Origin: Felis catus
Lineage: Eukaryota
Assembly: GCF_018350175.1 (NCBI RefSeq)
Contig: NC_058368.1
Location: 38,504,001-38,568,000, forward strand
Direction: 5' to 3'
Length of the DNA stretch: 64,000 nt
In this document: piece after piece, positions 1-13,522 of the stretch
Position numbering within the stretch: position 1 is the stretch's first letter
Layout of the letters: each line of letters starts with the position of its first letter
The notes under the pieces: model-generated
What the model saw: only the letters and a program-made list of their open reading frames with translations
Database searches by the model: none
Told to the model about the DNA's origin: nothing
Translations under genes and position numbers: made by a program

Positions 1-60
1 AAAAAGAAAAGAAAGAAAGAAAGAAAAAAAGAAAAACAAGAAAAAAACCAAAAAAAAATA
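1..60 (+). repeat. A-rich/(GAAA)n tract, probably the tail of a retroelement left of the window
   Basis: Nearly pure A/G run with GAAA units at the window edge. Confidence 0.6.
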
Positions 61-99
61 ACCTCCCGAAGAATTGTTCCCCAACAATCACAAGTAGAC

Positions 100-585
100 A
101 AAATGCCGAGAAAGGAAAGGCAAGTTGCTATGAGAACACGTAAGAAGGGCACAAAACCCATCTGAGGGCCCCCTGAGGCTTCCTCAAGAAGTTGCTGTTG
201 AAACTGGAATCTGAGAAAAAGATGATTAAGTGAAGAAAAGCAGGGGAAAAATAACTTCAGGCAGCAGCCCAGGACATTTTTATTTCTTTATCTTTACCCA
301 GGTTATAAACACATTTGTAAAAATAACAGCTTATTTATATAAAGATCATGTACGAAGGTGGAGAGGCAGAAAATAAAAGGCACAAGGGTCAGGTATGGGT
401 GGAAAGAAAAGCAAGAATGGAAGAATGTCATGAGGTGACTATCATCGCAAGTAGATGACAAGTCTTGCAGGACCCTATGGGTCATGATTGGACATTCAAA
501 TTCATTCCAAAATAATGGGGACACAATTGAAAGAATTTAAGCAGGAGAGAGGCATCATCAGTTTTATTTTCTGAGGAAAGACTCA
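100..585 (-). mobile_element. Degenerate L2 LINE fragment
   Basis: Purine-rich stretch with L2-antisense-like motifs (gaatttaagcaggagagaggcatcatcag; gaggcttcctcaagaag); boundaries approximate. Confidence 0.55.
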
Positions 586-1324
586 GAAAGTGGTACAGTG
601 TCTAAAAATCTTGAAGAAGAAAAAAAAGGATTTCTTTTTTACAGAGATGAAAAAGAAAGATGAATTCAGCTTGTGTTGAAGTTTTGTTTAGTTCCTTGAG
701 TTGTGTTATTTTAAAAATGACAACTGATCCCGAACTGAAAATTTTGGTTACGGTGTTCTTAAGTGTCACCTATAGACCATAATACAATTATTGATACATC
801 ATGCAGGAAAAGACTGTGGAGTGAAAACATAGGACTTGGACTAAAGTTTGAGAAATGAAAAAAAAAAAAAAGAAAGTAGATAAGTATGTGGCAGAGGAGG
901 AAAAGAGAGGAGTCTACAGAAAGACATTGAGAGAGGAAAGAAAGAAAACCAGGGGATTGTGTTAAAATGAAAGGAAATTCAAAAAAGTGTTTCCAATTTC
1001 CATCTTCAAGCCTCAACTAACCAAATCTTCTCTTATGTTTTCTTATGCTATCTTCCTTATCTTTTGATCCACCCAATATCTTTCTCGATTTATGAGAAAT
1101 TAACTTTATTCTCAATTTTCCAAATATACCAGTTCAGTATCCTTTGCTAGCTTGCTCTCCAATATCATATTTTCACAGTCACATTTTACATAGTCATAAT
1201 TTAACCTTTTTAGAAAGTTGACTGTTTCTTGTAAAAATATACCGATGTTCCCCTGTGTCTGCCAGAAATTCTAAGAACCCCTGTCAGGTTTGGGATGCAA
1301 TCACTCCCTGGAAGATTCATGAGA

Positions 1325-1470
1325 CTATGAGGCAGAGGTGCAGGCTGTTAAATTCCAAGTCTGCCACTTAACCTATAATATGTCCTCAGGCATAAACTAT
1401 GCACCTCGATTTCCCTGTACGAAAAATAGGATAATTATACCTTTACAAAGATTGTTAATAAGTCTTAGAG
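1325..1470 (+). mobile_element. MIR SINE fragment
   Basis: MIR core-like tctgccactta...gcacctcgatttccctgtacgaaaaataggataattatacct. Confidence 0.6.
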
Positions 1471-3784
1471 GGCCAATATTTAACATGGAATGGTGCATAT
1501 TTTAGAAGGGCAAATCAGAGAGAGTGGGGTTTGGCATTTATTGGATGCCTTTTAAATGCCAGGTATCCGGGAAAATAAGGAAAATTGGTTCAGAGTCTGA
1601 ATGAATTAGGTTGCTTAAAGTCCATGTGAGAATTTTCACTTCATACATTTTGAAATCAATAATTATACATACCTAAAGTATTATACATACAAAACCTATG
1701 TGTTATATATTTGTACCTACATCTACCTATATCTACCTAGTATGGACATGTACTAGATAGATAAGCAATCATATATAAAATATGGTTTCTATGCCTAACT
1801 CTACAAACACACCGATAGCATTCTTAGTGTATGCTGAATGAAAGCTACTCTGTATTATTTCTGCTGTAGTTCATTGAAAACCATTAAAGAGAAAGGATAG
1901 TTGGAGAATAGAAACAACCATTGCTTAACAGTATGTTTTCAATTCTGCTCAGAACAAAAATAGTCTCAACATATTTGCAGGTTGTAATTATGACTGGATA
2001 GACCATAATGGTTTACTTTGTCCATAAAGCCTTCAAAATGAGTAGTTCTAGTACTTTTTGAGTCAATTTGTCCCACTCCACTGGAGAACAGAAATACCAA
2101 AATGCTAAATAAACTAAGAGAACAGGACATACGCCAAATTAGATAGCGCCTAAGTGCTTTCTTCTGTGTAGAAGAAAATCACAACTACTTGTCTGTCCAG
2201 AAATGTTTCCATTGCCAGTTGCAAATAGTACTCTGCAAACTTTCCCAAAGGGAAAATAAGTCACTCAATTTGATTGACTAAATCTTCCTTAATGTTTAAA
2301 ATAAAGTAGCCAGGCTATGTACCAATCTGTTTGGCTTATTTCCACCCATACCCGGTCCAGAAAGCAATGCACCCATTTATTTCAATATGCCAGCAATTAC
2401 CAACCAGAGAATGTCTGTAATGAGACCATTAGTAACAAAAAAGGCCGTGGCCTGTTTTCTCTTCCTCTGCTGCTTCTAATGCAAGAGAACATTTCAAATA
2501 TCAGGTCCAAGAACTGTTCGAAGCCAACAAACATTCAAAGACGTGCAGCAGGTGGGAGTACCACCTGTTCATGTCTTATTCCAGAAAAAACAATTGCCTC
2601 TCAGAGTCCCCAGCTGTGGTGAATTCAAGAGCGACTTTGCGAGCAAATACTGAGAACAGCTTTCTTTGAAAGACTGAGCCTGTTAGGGAAAGTGATCATT
2701 CACATATTATAGGTAAAATGAAGGGTTAAAAAACCACAACTCAGAACAGTAGGCAAAAGTGAAAGCCACTGCAGGTGTGAATCTTAATGGTTGTTAATTA
2801 GGTAGAGGTTCAACACAAAAAGAAAACGAAAAGCAGCAGGTGTGGAGTATGTGTTTTTGCTGATATAAGGAGCAGTGTAAATATTCAACTCTGTGACAGA
2901 AAAAAAAAAACAAGTTCATTTTTATTTTCACTGTAGTGTAGACTTTGTTTCAATTAGTGCCAGATGATTACTTCCTTTTATGATTCAACAAAGGTACAAA
3001 ATTCTTCCTCGTCTAAATAATACCAACTAGGAAATACCAAGTGGCACATCTGTGTGTATTTAATTTTGATTCACTTTGAGGAGAGGGCAATTTTGCACGG
3101 ATGGGTTAAAGAAAAGAGAAGGAAATTGTAACCTCGAGCACTAATAAGGGTTTAGTAGAGTCTTATAATTTTTCTCTGGATGATGAATTAACCTTCTTTA
3201 TTGAGCTAACCTAACTTGTGGCACTCTGCATCTCTAACCAACTCACGGTTGATCCAAGATAATGTCTTCAAAAAAACAACCACGCCAGTTGTCTTCAAAG
3301 TTTCCTATTTAATATAGTTGCAGGCTGTTTTAGTATATCTAGTATACTTTTATCGCTTTCTTAGCTAGGAATAAGCTCTTAATACAATTTCTTCATCAAA
3401 CATTCTTGTCCATTCCTAAGTAATTAGGCAGTTATGTGTATTCACATTTACTTCTGGTGATGTGAAATTGTCTTTGCGTTTATGAAATACTTTGTCATTA
3501 AAGTAATCAATATGAACTGTTATTAAAGACTCAGAATGAATTAACACTGATTACTGAGAATATATTGTAAAAGCATTGAATCTCTACAAATATAGTCTGC
3601 ACTACGTCTATACTACAAACTAAAAAAAAATATGTAGATACATATGGACTTGATATTTGAAATATGTTTTTAGTTTGTTTTTTATTTTATCCCGTGTCCG
3701 CATTTACAAGGCAGAGGATCTGTGTTCACATAAGGTATACTGAGGAATTAGGATGTACGGTCACATATATATCATCTATTTCAG

Positions 3785-3930
3785 CTCAAAACAACTCTGT
3801 AAGTTAGGCACTACTATCACTATTGTCCAAACAATAAAATGACATGAGATATGAGACATTCAAAACATACTTGCACAACAAATAACTGGATGGATTAATG
3901 AATGATTTATTCCAAATCCCCATAATGCTT
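3785..3930 (-). mobile_element. MIR SINE fragment
   Basis: aacaactctgtaagttaggcactactatc resembles the antisense MIR core. Confidence 0.45.
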
Positions 3931-4103
3931 ATGTCAAGACATGCAATCGGACTTCTGCCACTTTTATCGACATTCTTTCCACATGTTAATCACATTTTTT
4001 TATTGCACCTATGCAAGAGGATCCTTTTGCCAATATGGAAGACAAATTTCAAAAAAATGTTTTGAGGAGTTGCTTCACACTCTACTCTGTAAAGTAGCTA
4101 AAT

Positions 4104-4317
4104 GGGGCCCCTGGGTAGCTCAGTCAGTTAAGCGTCCGACTTCTGCTTAGGTCATGATCTCGTAGTTCATGAGTTCAAGCCCCGTGCCGGGCTCTGTGCT
4201 GACAGCTCAGAGCCTGCTTCATATTCTGTATCTCCTTCTCTCTCTGCCCCTCTCCGGCCCATGCTCTGTCTCTCTCTGTCTCTCTCTGTCTCAAAAATAA
4301 ATAAGCATTAAAAAAAA
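4104..4317 (+). mobile_element. CAN-SINE (feliform SINEC)
   Basis: tRNA-like head ggggcccctgggtagctcagtcagttaag, (CT)n region, A-tail; 14-bp TSD taaagtagctaaat. Confidence 0.97.
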
Positions 4318-6416
4318 TAAAGTAGCTAAATAATCATAACCACCTTCACTTCCATGTATAATTGGGCTAAATGACTGGGATATATGATACTTGCTTGGGA
4401 TTTTATGAAACATATAACTAGACTAAAACTTTCAGCAGCTGTGGATTGTCTGTAAGATTGTCTATAAGGGAGAAAATGACACCACTTTTGCAGAAGTAGT
4501 TCAGTTGTCACATCTACCTGATCTGTTAATATTAGATGCAGCTAAATATTTTTTCAAATGTTACTTCTGTATGTATATGCTGCGTTAGCCCATCCTATTG
4601 GCATTTGGAAACAACTTCATATACAATTAACAATTTAAGAATTTAAATGTAAGCCCAGAGAGATCTCCAAAACTCTTTGTGGAGTCTCTTATGATGATGT
4701 GTCTCTTTTACCTGGAAGAAGCTTACTGAGTATCATCTGTTCCCAAACATGGATTTTATGTCTCTGTATTTTCACATTTGTATGCCATAATGGAAACATT
4801 CTACCAATGACAAACTGTTCTGTTTAATTAACAGCCTGCTAAAGTTCAGAATTTGTAATCTTTGAAGAGCGTTATTAACCTTTAAGAATTCTGTGCTCAT
4901 TGTGTAGGCCAGTTTTGATGTAATATTGGAGAACTCAGTATAGTTATGTTCATTTCACTGACTTTACTATTGGCCTATAAATTAATAGATGAAAAATAAA
5001 ATCGTATGGTTAAATAACATGAACATAATTAAACCACATAACCTTTTCTATTTTAGGAATGACATTTTGATAAATTGAAACTCTAATTTCCTTAACTTTT
5101 ATCAGGAAATGATATTGGACAGAAACCTTATTCCCTTTCCATGGAAAGAATGTATTCAAACTTTTTAAATTTAACTTAAAAAAAGATTTGGAAGGGAAGA
5201 TTGTTCAATCTGGTAGGACTGTAAACTTTATGATAAAAGGTAACAGCAGAATTTTAGTCATTTGCTTCACTAAGAAACAAGAAGTGTCTCTCATAATGGC
5301 TATCAACACATCAGTGTCATTTTAGAAATTTCATCGTAGATCTTTTAAAAATTTGACTTATATAGCAATTGGTTAGACAGAATAGAGCCAATGAAATTGC
5401 CCTCCTTTAATCGCATGCCATTTTTTCATGGCTTATTTGTGCATTATGGAAAATATTAAATAGTGATGATCCCTCTAATATTTTGGATAAAAAATAATTT
5501 TAACATAATTAAATGAATAACTTAAATAAAGCATATTTTTAAAATATTTAAAATCTTTATCCAAAGTAATGGGCAGATCACAATCATAGAATACAGTGAG
5601 TCATTTTGGTTTTGTTACTTTGAGCTGGCCGCAGTTTCTTCCTTAAAATTGTAAAGTTAGAGTAAATCACCTAAAGACATCTTCCAAGAGTAAAAATGAA
5701 CAATTAATGAACAAATAATAATGTATTGAACTCCAAATATTATTAACTTTACTACTTTCATAATCCTCATAAGATCTCTCAGATTTAAGTATTATTATAA
5801 ATCACATTCTAGAGATAAATGAACTTAGATGGCTTAGGATGTTCTTATTTTAACCCAGGTTTTTCTGTACTATATCTCCGTAAATGCTACTTTGCTTTAT
5901 CATTTAATGTTCCTGGACTTTGAGAGTGATATTCAAACCCTAATTTAAATTCTGAATTGCCAACAAGAATTGTGAGATTATGTTCTGCTCTTGCAGCCCT
6001 GGCCATTTATTTCTTTTGAAATGAATATTCAATAGGACATTCTCTTCCCAAAAAGGGCTGTTTTATTAATATTGAAATGTCTTCATTTTTTCTTTTATCC
6101 TTCATTCATCTGACACTAGAATAGTACTTATCTATTCTATGCTTTCAATCTTTTCCTCACATTGATGCATCCATCACAGAGAAGGGTCTCTATAGAAATT
6201 GTCCACACGATACATCCAGGCTTCTGTCACATAGCCTGATAAGTTCTGGAAAGGATGGAAAATGATATCTGCATAGTTCTTTCTGTTTAGATCTCTAGTA
6301 AATTGATATTTATATCCCCAAGCCATATTTTTCCAGCACTGGTACTTACTCTCTGATCATCTTCCCTTACTAAAAATGACTTAAAAATCATTGTTATTAA
6401 TTGCATGTGCTTTTCT

Positions 6417-6615
6417 CTTTTTTTAATGTTTATTTACTTTTGAGAGAAAAAGAGAGAGTGCAGGGGAGGGACAGAGACAGAGGGGTGCACAGGATCTGAA
6501 GCAGGCTCTACCCTGAGAGCAGAGAGCCTGATGTGGGGGCGTAAACCCTGGAACCAGGAGACCATGACCTGAGCCAAAGTCAGATGCTTAACCAACTGAG
6601 CCACCCAGGTGCCCC
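6417..6615 (-). mobile_element. CAN-SINE
   Basis: Reverse-complement head ...ctgagccacccaggtgcccc, T-tail at left; degenerate TSD aattg(c/t)atgtgc. Confidence 0.95.
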
Positions 6616-9199
6616 AATTGTATGTGCCTTTCTGATTTTAATATACTTAGTGCAGGCAATACTAGAAATAAAAGATACTAGAAAGATTATACACCGACAC
6701 TAAATGGAAAAGCTTTTCTACATATCTCAAGTTACAAGGTGAGATCCAAATGTTTTGAATGTGCTAATATAATCACACTATAAAATAGTATACATGATAA
6801 TAATGATAGTCAAGTATTATTTTAGGACAATTTTTTGTTCTCATAAATCTTCATTAGTCTGACATTCAAAATTAGTTCTGTTGATTGGAAATAGTACACT
6901 ACTTGGGCTTAATAAAAATTTTAGTAATAATGTGAAACTACTTTTTTTTTTAACGTGACACTGCTTTTAATTAGACTCATATTGTTCTTACTCTTGTAGT
7001 AAAAACAAAGGTACAAAAAATAAAGGTACATTCACCTAAAATGGATGTGTGAAATATTTTGTTACTATTACTGCCCGTTAGTTTTGACTTGGTTTTTGAC
7101 AAATTTTGAAATACCAGTGTATCGCACAAGCAGGGTTTTAAATCAGTGATTACTATAGGATGTATTACTTCCTCCTTTTAACAAGAATAGGCTCACAGCT
7201 AGTCAAGGAGACAAGCAGTAAAAACTGAGCAGCCATGTAATGCCCTTACTATTATACATATAGTTACTCACAAAGTGAAATTTAAAATATTAGCATGCAT
7301 ACACATTTTAGTTTGCATATATATTTAACAGCTCTGTATAGGGTGTTACTTCTTTCCTCTATTATAAAGTCTAACCAAGTGAGGAATCAGCACATTAGAC
7401 AAAAGTGCTATTTAGAGTCAATTGATCCAATATGTTTTCTAAGAAATAATGAGATTTTTTTTTGCTTTAACATGGGAATTCTAGAACATAATTAAAATAT
7501 CAATTATAAATGGCAGAGCTCATCTTAGGAAATTAACTGTTCATCATTTTTAGTTAACATAGATAAATATATATTGGACAGAAATCTTCTAGGCTTTACC
7601 AGCTCATTTGATCGTGTTTCTTTCATTTCTTGCCTCTGACAGAATCTCTTCTTATAATATACTTGCATTATTTTGGGGGACATATCTTTTGATTTTCTTA
7701 ACAATATGATAACCTTCTGCAGAGGCAAATTCAAACCTTTCCTTCTGAGGTGCTAAAACTGCCTGCAACTTTACAATGACAATTTTTCTAGGTTGTATTT
7801 AAGATTATTATTTTAAAAGCTCTAACATTTTATATCAGGTAGAGTCACTTTCTTGTATAAACATGCACATTCTCCTGCACTAAAATGGCAATCTCTTATT
7901 TTATCTGTTTAAAACGTTTACTATTTCTTGGTAAGTAAGGTACGGATAAAACCCTAAACCAGACTGGCTGTGTACATTTCTAGGTTCCTATTTTATCTTG
8001 TTCTCGTCTGAGTCCTCTTTAATTTATTTGTAAACTGCCTCAAATTCTCTTCTCTGTCCAGTACAATTAAACAGACATTAACTAATCTAACAATTTCTTT
8101 AAATTAAAGATTGGGTTTTTGTTGATCAAAATTATGCCTCACCCATGCCACATTCTCAGTTTTGGCTGTTTCAATATTTTTTAATATTCTTTTAACTTTG
8201 AGATAAATAGATTGTTTTAAAACCTTTTAATGTTCTCTTATTATTGGTTTTCTCAATATGTATTTACTCTCCTTATATCTTTATGGCCTTCATATCACAC
8301 ACTCATACCTAAAACTGATGCCAATCCAGATGAAATAAAATGCAAACTTCTATTTCTTACTCCCCATTAACTAGAATTCTTTCATTTCTGACTCCTTTGT
8401 CCCATGGCAAAAGGCTCAAATTTCTTCATAATTCTTTTTATTAGCAAGCATCCCTAATGGTATAATACAAAGAACATTAGGTTTTTAGCAAAATTAACAA
8501 TGAAGAAGAACAATAGTAATACCTAATCTATAAACTCTGTAGCCTTAAGTAAGAAGACTACTGTCTTATCTCTTTAATGCTTTGTTCCTCCCTTGACATT
8601 GAGAGTCATAATAATTCTCCTTTGAGGACTGTTATAATTCAAGGAATGAATCAATGACAGTATTTAGCAGAATCATTAAAAATCCATAGATACTTCCTAA
8701 ATGACAGTTCTTTTCCCTTCCCCATTTACAACACTCACAGGATGCTGAGTTTCTGATACCTCCTGTGTGTCCAACCAAAATTACTTTGAATACTAAAGAC
8801 CCTAAACGAGGCAATCTCTGGGTCAAGACTGCCATATTAAAGGCAGTCATTCAACAGAGGAAATTATCAGAAATAGTTCAAGGGCAGTGCCACAAAAGAG
8901 GTGATAAAGCAAAATGACATTGGAGTATCATTTCTTTTCATCTCAACATCTAGGTACAGAGAAATCAGCAGAGGGATGAAAGGATTGCGAAGGAGGATAT
9001 GATTCACTTATGCTCTCTGTTCTTCCTTCTTTATCCTATTTTTCTTTTCAGTCATGAAAACTACCAGTACTGGCGAGGGGGCATTTGGAACAAGCATTGT
9101 TGTAAACTACCTAAGACAGTTATTGTGGTCTAGCCCTTAGGGAAATAGAGTCTTAGGTACTTCATGAACTTCATGAATAACTGTTGAGAATAAGAAAAT

Positions 9200-9345
9200 G
9201 TAGGTTGCATTCTCTACCCTAACACTGCCTAAATGTGTGATCTTGAGCATTTCATCTCTACTCTCTGGGTGTTTGGTTGCTCATGTAACATCCACATAAA
9301 ATGAAGGCATTTCCATTAGAGGTCATCTCTGAATTCTAATTCTTA
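9200..9345 (+). mobile_element. MIR/MIR3 fragment
   Basis: tgtgtgatcttgagcatttcat...taaaatgaagg MIR core-like motifs. Confidence 0.5.
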
Positions 9346-10149
9346 TATTTTATTAGTTTTGAACCATTTTTATGCCTATCATAATGTCAGAGACAAATGA
9401 AGCCGAAGCATAAAATACAAGTTTAAACCATCAATTCATCAACAATCTTTCAATTTAGATTTTAAAATATATAGTTCATAATAAAAAAAAAAAACATATG
9501 ATATAGTAAGTGTGCTGATTATCATTATTTCACTTGACTTATACAAAAGATTATCTCACTTGACTTTTTGTTTATTTGGAAATAGTGGAGAAAAGAGATG
9601 AGGAAACAGGAAAGTGGTAGAGTTTATCTGTAGAGAAGAGTTCAGTAGGTACCGGGGATACAACGATTAGCTTTACAGACACTGAAATGCTAACTCTTCA
9701 TGAAGCTAGCCATATAGCTTTTTTCCAGAATGTGAGCAATGCAAACATCCAGAAGAAGAAAATGACAGCTTGAGTGAGTGGATAACAGTTGGACAAAATT
9801 GAAATTAATGATGATATATGTTTTCACTGAGTCCTATAATTGCCTGCTTTATCTGTTTGAATCTCATTAGTTTTGAGCACTTTCCTACTTCCTGTCTCCT
9901 TTTATCATTAGTTTTCTTTTTCCCCCTTATGATTTGCCACTATTTTTATTACTTCAATCTCCTCAGTTAACTCAAATAATATAACTTTTAATACACTTGT
10001 TAATTTGAAAGATCCTTTTCAAAATTGGGAGCCATTTTAGTGCTTCTTTGGAAAATAGTGATTGCAAAGTAGTGGCTGTAATGGATAAAAACCTAAAGGA
10101 AAAGATGCAAAATACAAAAAATAGGCACATATCAAAAATTTTATATTCA

Positions 10150-10355
10150 GGGGCGCCTGGGTGGCGCAGTCGGTTAAGTGTCCGACTTCAGCCGGGTCAC
10201 GATCTCGCGGTCCGTGAGTTCGAGCCCCGCGTCGGGCTCTGGGCTGATGGCTCAGAGCCTGGAGCCTGCTTCCGATTCTGTGTTTCCCTCTCTCTCTGCC
10301 CCTCCCCCATTCATGCTCTGTCTCTCTCTGTCTCAAAAATAAATAAACATTAAAA
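10150..10355 (+). mobile_element. Young CAN-SINE, SINEC_Fc-type
   Basis: ggggcgcctgggtggcgcagtcggttaag head with CpGs retained; TSD about aaaaattt(t)atattca. Confidence 0.97.
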
Positions 10356-11404
10356 AAAATTTATATTCAAATTGCAGTATCAGAAGGAAATATCTTAGTA
10401 ACCGTATTTTAAAACTCACCTAAGAGTTATTTAAAAGATTTTTCGAATGTATTATTTTGTTAAACTTGCTTAAATGATTTTCAGCATCGTAAAGAAACAC
10501 TGCAACAACTGCAAAAATGTCTTCATAGTATAGGTTTTAAATGTATCCTTTTCTTCCTTAATGTTCTCTGGAACACCTAATTTAAGTAATGTAATGGCTG
10601 ATTTCATGCACTTTTTCTGACACAGCTGAAAGATCCAGATAAAAATAGACCAAAGATATACGAACAGTAAACTTGCCGTCTCCATTGGTTTAACCTAAAA
10701 GTTCGGGATTTGACAAATACTTTTATTTAATTATACAAAAATATATATGTGACCTTTGTGTCTGTTTGAGAAAAACACATTTCTTGTCTATTTGATAATG
10801 TTTGGACTAAAGTTTGAGAAAGAATGCTTTTTATACAAATATGGATATTTTATTTTCATGTTTGTAACTGATTTTCTGCTTCTATATCAAGGATTATCAT
10901 TTCTCTTTTATTGGTAACAAGACTGATTTTTGAGGTTAATAGTATAAGACAGCGCATAAACTCAAGTGCAAAGGAGAAAACATCTTTTTGTTATATTATT
11001 ATTTTCCATAAAATTTAATTTCATAGTTGAAAATAAATGTGATGAATTGATGCTGTTGCCATCTCTTTTATGTGTTAAGAAAATAGCTTTAAAATTATGT
11101 AATTATAATATAGGCATATTACAGTTTTGCATTTGTATAATAAAACCTTATATATTAGACTAAGTGAGTAGAGCTATTCTAATGAACAATTACCTAAATT
11201 AGCAGATATTATTAGGACAATGAAAGTTATTATTCATATGTTTACTATACATAAATGTTGTAAACTAGAGATTCAATTCATGTTGATAATTAAATTAGTC
11301 ATTAGGCAGTGATTTTACATTATGGTGTTTTGAATGTTTACGTTCCTTTATAGGTTATAAGCATTAAAAATGGTAAAACAGTTTCAGAACACATACACGT
11401 TAAG

Positions 11405-11614
11405 TTTTTTTTTTTCAATGTTTATTTTTGAGAGAGAGACAGACAGAGCGCGACTGGGAGAAGGGCAGAGAGAGAGGGAGACACAGAATCCGAGGCAGGC
11501 TCCAGGCTCCGAGCTGTCAGCACAGATCCTGGCGCAGGGCTCGAACTCTCTACCGCGAGATCATGACCTGAGCCGAAGTTGGACACTAACCCGGCTGAGC
11601 CACCCAGGTGCCCC
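11405..11614 (-). mobile_element. CAN-SINE
   Basis: T-tail, (GA)n, ends gagccacccaggtgcccc. Confidence 0.96.
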
Positions 11615-11649
11615 TAAGTGTTCATTTGATAGCCATCCTCTGACAGACC

Positions 11650-11900
11650 CTAAAAGATCATGATAGGATTAGTTTTCCATGCATCTGAATTAACTCATCC
11701 TATAGTATATGGATCTTTCTTAAAAGTTTTTGAGCAGAAAGATGGTCATAATTAATTCAACTTTGTACTAGATAGAGCACTCAAGTGTCAAGGATGATAA
11801 TGAAGTAATGTACTGAAGACAAGGAGTAGTAGTAAGACATTGACATAGTCAGGTCAAGAGCTGAATCAAGAAAGAAATAAGAAGGTTATATTGGAATAAA
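11650..11900 (-). mobile_element. L2 fragment
   Basis: aaaagtttttgagcagaaagatggtcataatt...gacattgacatagtcaggtcaagag resembles antisense L2. Confidence 0.5.
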
Positions 11901-12096
11901 CAAGAAAGTAAAAAGGGGTTATGGTTCTTCTAAGATCATTCACACAGACTGGTTGAGTCTCACTTCCAAGATCAGCCCAGGAGAAATTAAAGAACATGGA
12001 AACATGGTTTTCAGGGACCGACAAAAACAAAGAGTAACAGCAAGACTAAACCAACCAACTTTTGAGAAGACAAGTGGAGAGATTAAAAGCTACCTT

Positions 12097-12303
12097 GGGC
12101 ACCTGGGTGGCTCAGTCAGTTAAGCATCTGACTTTGGCTCAGGTCATGATCTCCCGGTTCGTGTGTTTGAGCCCCACGTCGGGCTCTGTGCTGACAGCTC
12201 AGGGCCTGGAGACTGCTTCAGATTCTGCGTGTCCCTCTCTCTCTGCCCCTTCCCTGCTTGTGTTCTGTCTCTCTCTCAAAAAATAAATAAACATTTAAAA
12301 AAA
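12097..12303 (+). mobile_element. CAN-SINE
   Basis: gggcacctgggtggctcagtcagttaagc head, (CT)n, aaataaataaacatt tail. Confidence 0.96.
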
Positions 12304-12429
12304 GAAGCTGTCTATTAAAAGTTTGTGTTGGGAGGTTATGGGGGAAAGTAAGGCATGGTTGGTAATCGGGGAGACAGCAGAAACAGAAGTGAAAAGAATG
12401 GTTGAAGAAATATTGTTGAAATCTAGTCT

Positions 12430-12670
12430 CTGCCTGAATCTACCCTCTCTCCTTCATAGTCTGGAAATTCAGTCTGGGCATTAAATTGCCACAGCACAGG
12501 CTCATTTCATTTGTTTTTCATCTCTGAGGGATCATTTTCTTTTCTTGCCTAATGTTCAGTGCCTTCAAAACTTTTGTTTTTCCTCTATTTTTGTCTGACT
12601 TTTTTAGTTGTTTTAAGCAAGTGACTATATCTGACCCCTGTAACTGTCTTGCATGGAAAAGCAGTCACAC
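12430..12670 (-). mobile_element. Old L1 (L1M-type) 5' end fragment
   Basis: ggctcatttcatttgtttttcatctctgagggatca...gacccctgtaactgtcttg resembles antisense L1ME-type 5' UTR. Confidence 0.5.
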
Positions 12671-12697
12671 TAGAAATTGATATTTTATTTTCTATGG

Positions 12698-12884
12698 GAG
12701 GGCTAGACAAACTTTTTCTATAAAGGGACAGATTGTAAATATTTCCATCTTTATGGGCCACACAGTTCCTTTGACAACTATTCAGCTCTGCCATATTAGT
12801 GCAAAAACAGCCAAAGACAATATGTAAATGACTGGCATGGCAGGATATGGTTTATAGTGGGCCAGAACAGCTTGCTGAACCCTG
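12698..12884. mobile_element. MER58A-like hAT-Charlie MITE
   Basis: caaactttttctataaagggacagattgtaaatattt...cagctctgcc...cagccaaagacaatatgtaaatga; terminal ccctg. Confidence 0.85.
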
Positions 12885-13024
12885 TTTTATGACAACCACT
12901 AAAATGTTGGAAACAGTGCATAACTTATAAACTAATGGAAGTAAAATAATAAAATGAGAGAGTAAATTCTGAAATGCAATTCCAGAGGAAGCCAAACTTT
13001 GTTCTTTAACAAATGAAAATTAGA

Positions 13025-13240
13025 GGGGCGCCTGGGTGGATCAGTCAGTTAGGTGTCCGACTTCAGCTCAGATCATGATCTCATGGTTCATGAGTTCGAG
13101 CCCCGCGTCAGGCTCTGTGCTGACAGCTTGGAGCCTGGAGCCTGACTCAGATTCTGTGCCTCCCTCTCTCTCTCTGTCCTCTCCTGCTCACACTCTGTCT
13201 TTCTCTCTCTCTCTCAAAAATAAACATTAAAAACAATTTT
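13025..13240 (+). mobile_element. CAN-SINE
   Basis: ggggcgcctgggtggatcagtcag head; exact 14-bp TSD aaatgaaaattaga. Confidence 0.97.
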
Positions 13241-13360
13241 AAATGAAAATTAGAACATAAACAAAAGGACAATTAGAAGGCACATAAAAAGACAGATTTA
13301 AATAAAACATATCTGAAATGACATTAAGCATGTATGCACTGAGTGATCTATTTAAAAGAC

Positions 13361-13522
13361 AACATCTGACTCTTGATTTCAGCTCAGGTCGTGGTCTTGG
13401 TTCGTGAGATCAAGCACCAGCTCGGACTCTGAGTGTGGAGCCTTCTTGGGATTCTCTCTCCCTCTGCCCCTCTCTCCTGCTTTCTTTCTCTCTCTTTCAA
13501 AATAAATAAACTTAAGAAAAAA
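13361..13522 (+). mobile_element. 5'-truncated older CAN-SINE
   Basis: tctgactcttgatttcagctcaggtc...ctctctctttcaaaataaataaacttaag. Confidence 0.9.

Noticed and set aside
4104..4190. tRNA-like A/B boxes
   Set aside because: SINE heads derived from tRNA, not tRNA genes
4691..4730. ATGATGA...CTGA box C/D-like pair
   Set aside because: Only about 40 nt long, too short for a snoRNA, and no convincing terminal stem
10037..10353. ORFs with motifs such as GAPGWRSRLSVRL, AQVMIS or ERERER here and at the other SINEs
   Set aside because: Translations of CAN-SINE sequence, not genes
10485..10670. Plus-strand exon-like pieces (HRKETLQQLQKCLH; LKDPDKNRPKIYEQ*)
   Set aside because: Acceptors are plausible but donors are poor, there is no partner exon and I do not recognise the peptides
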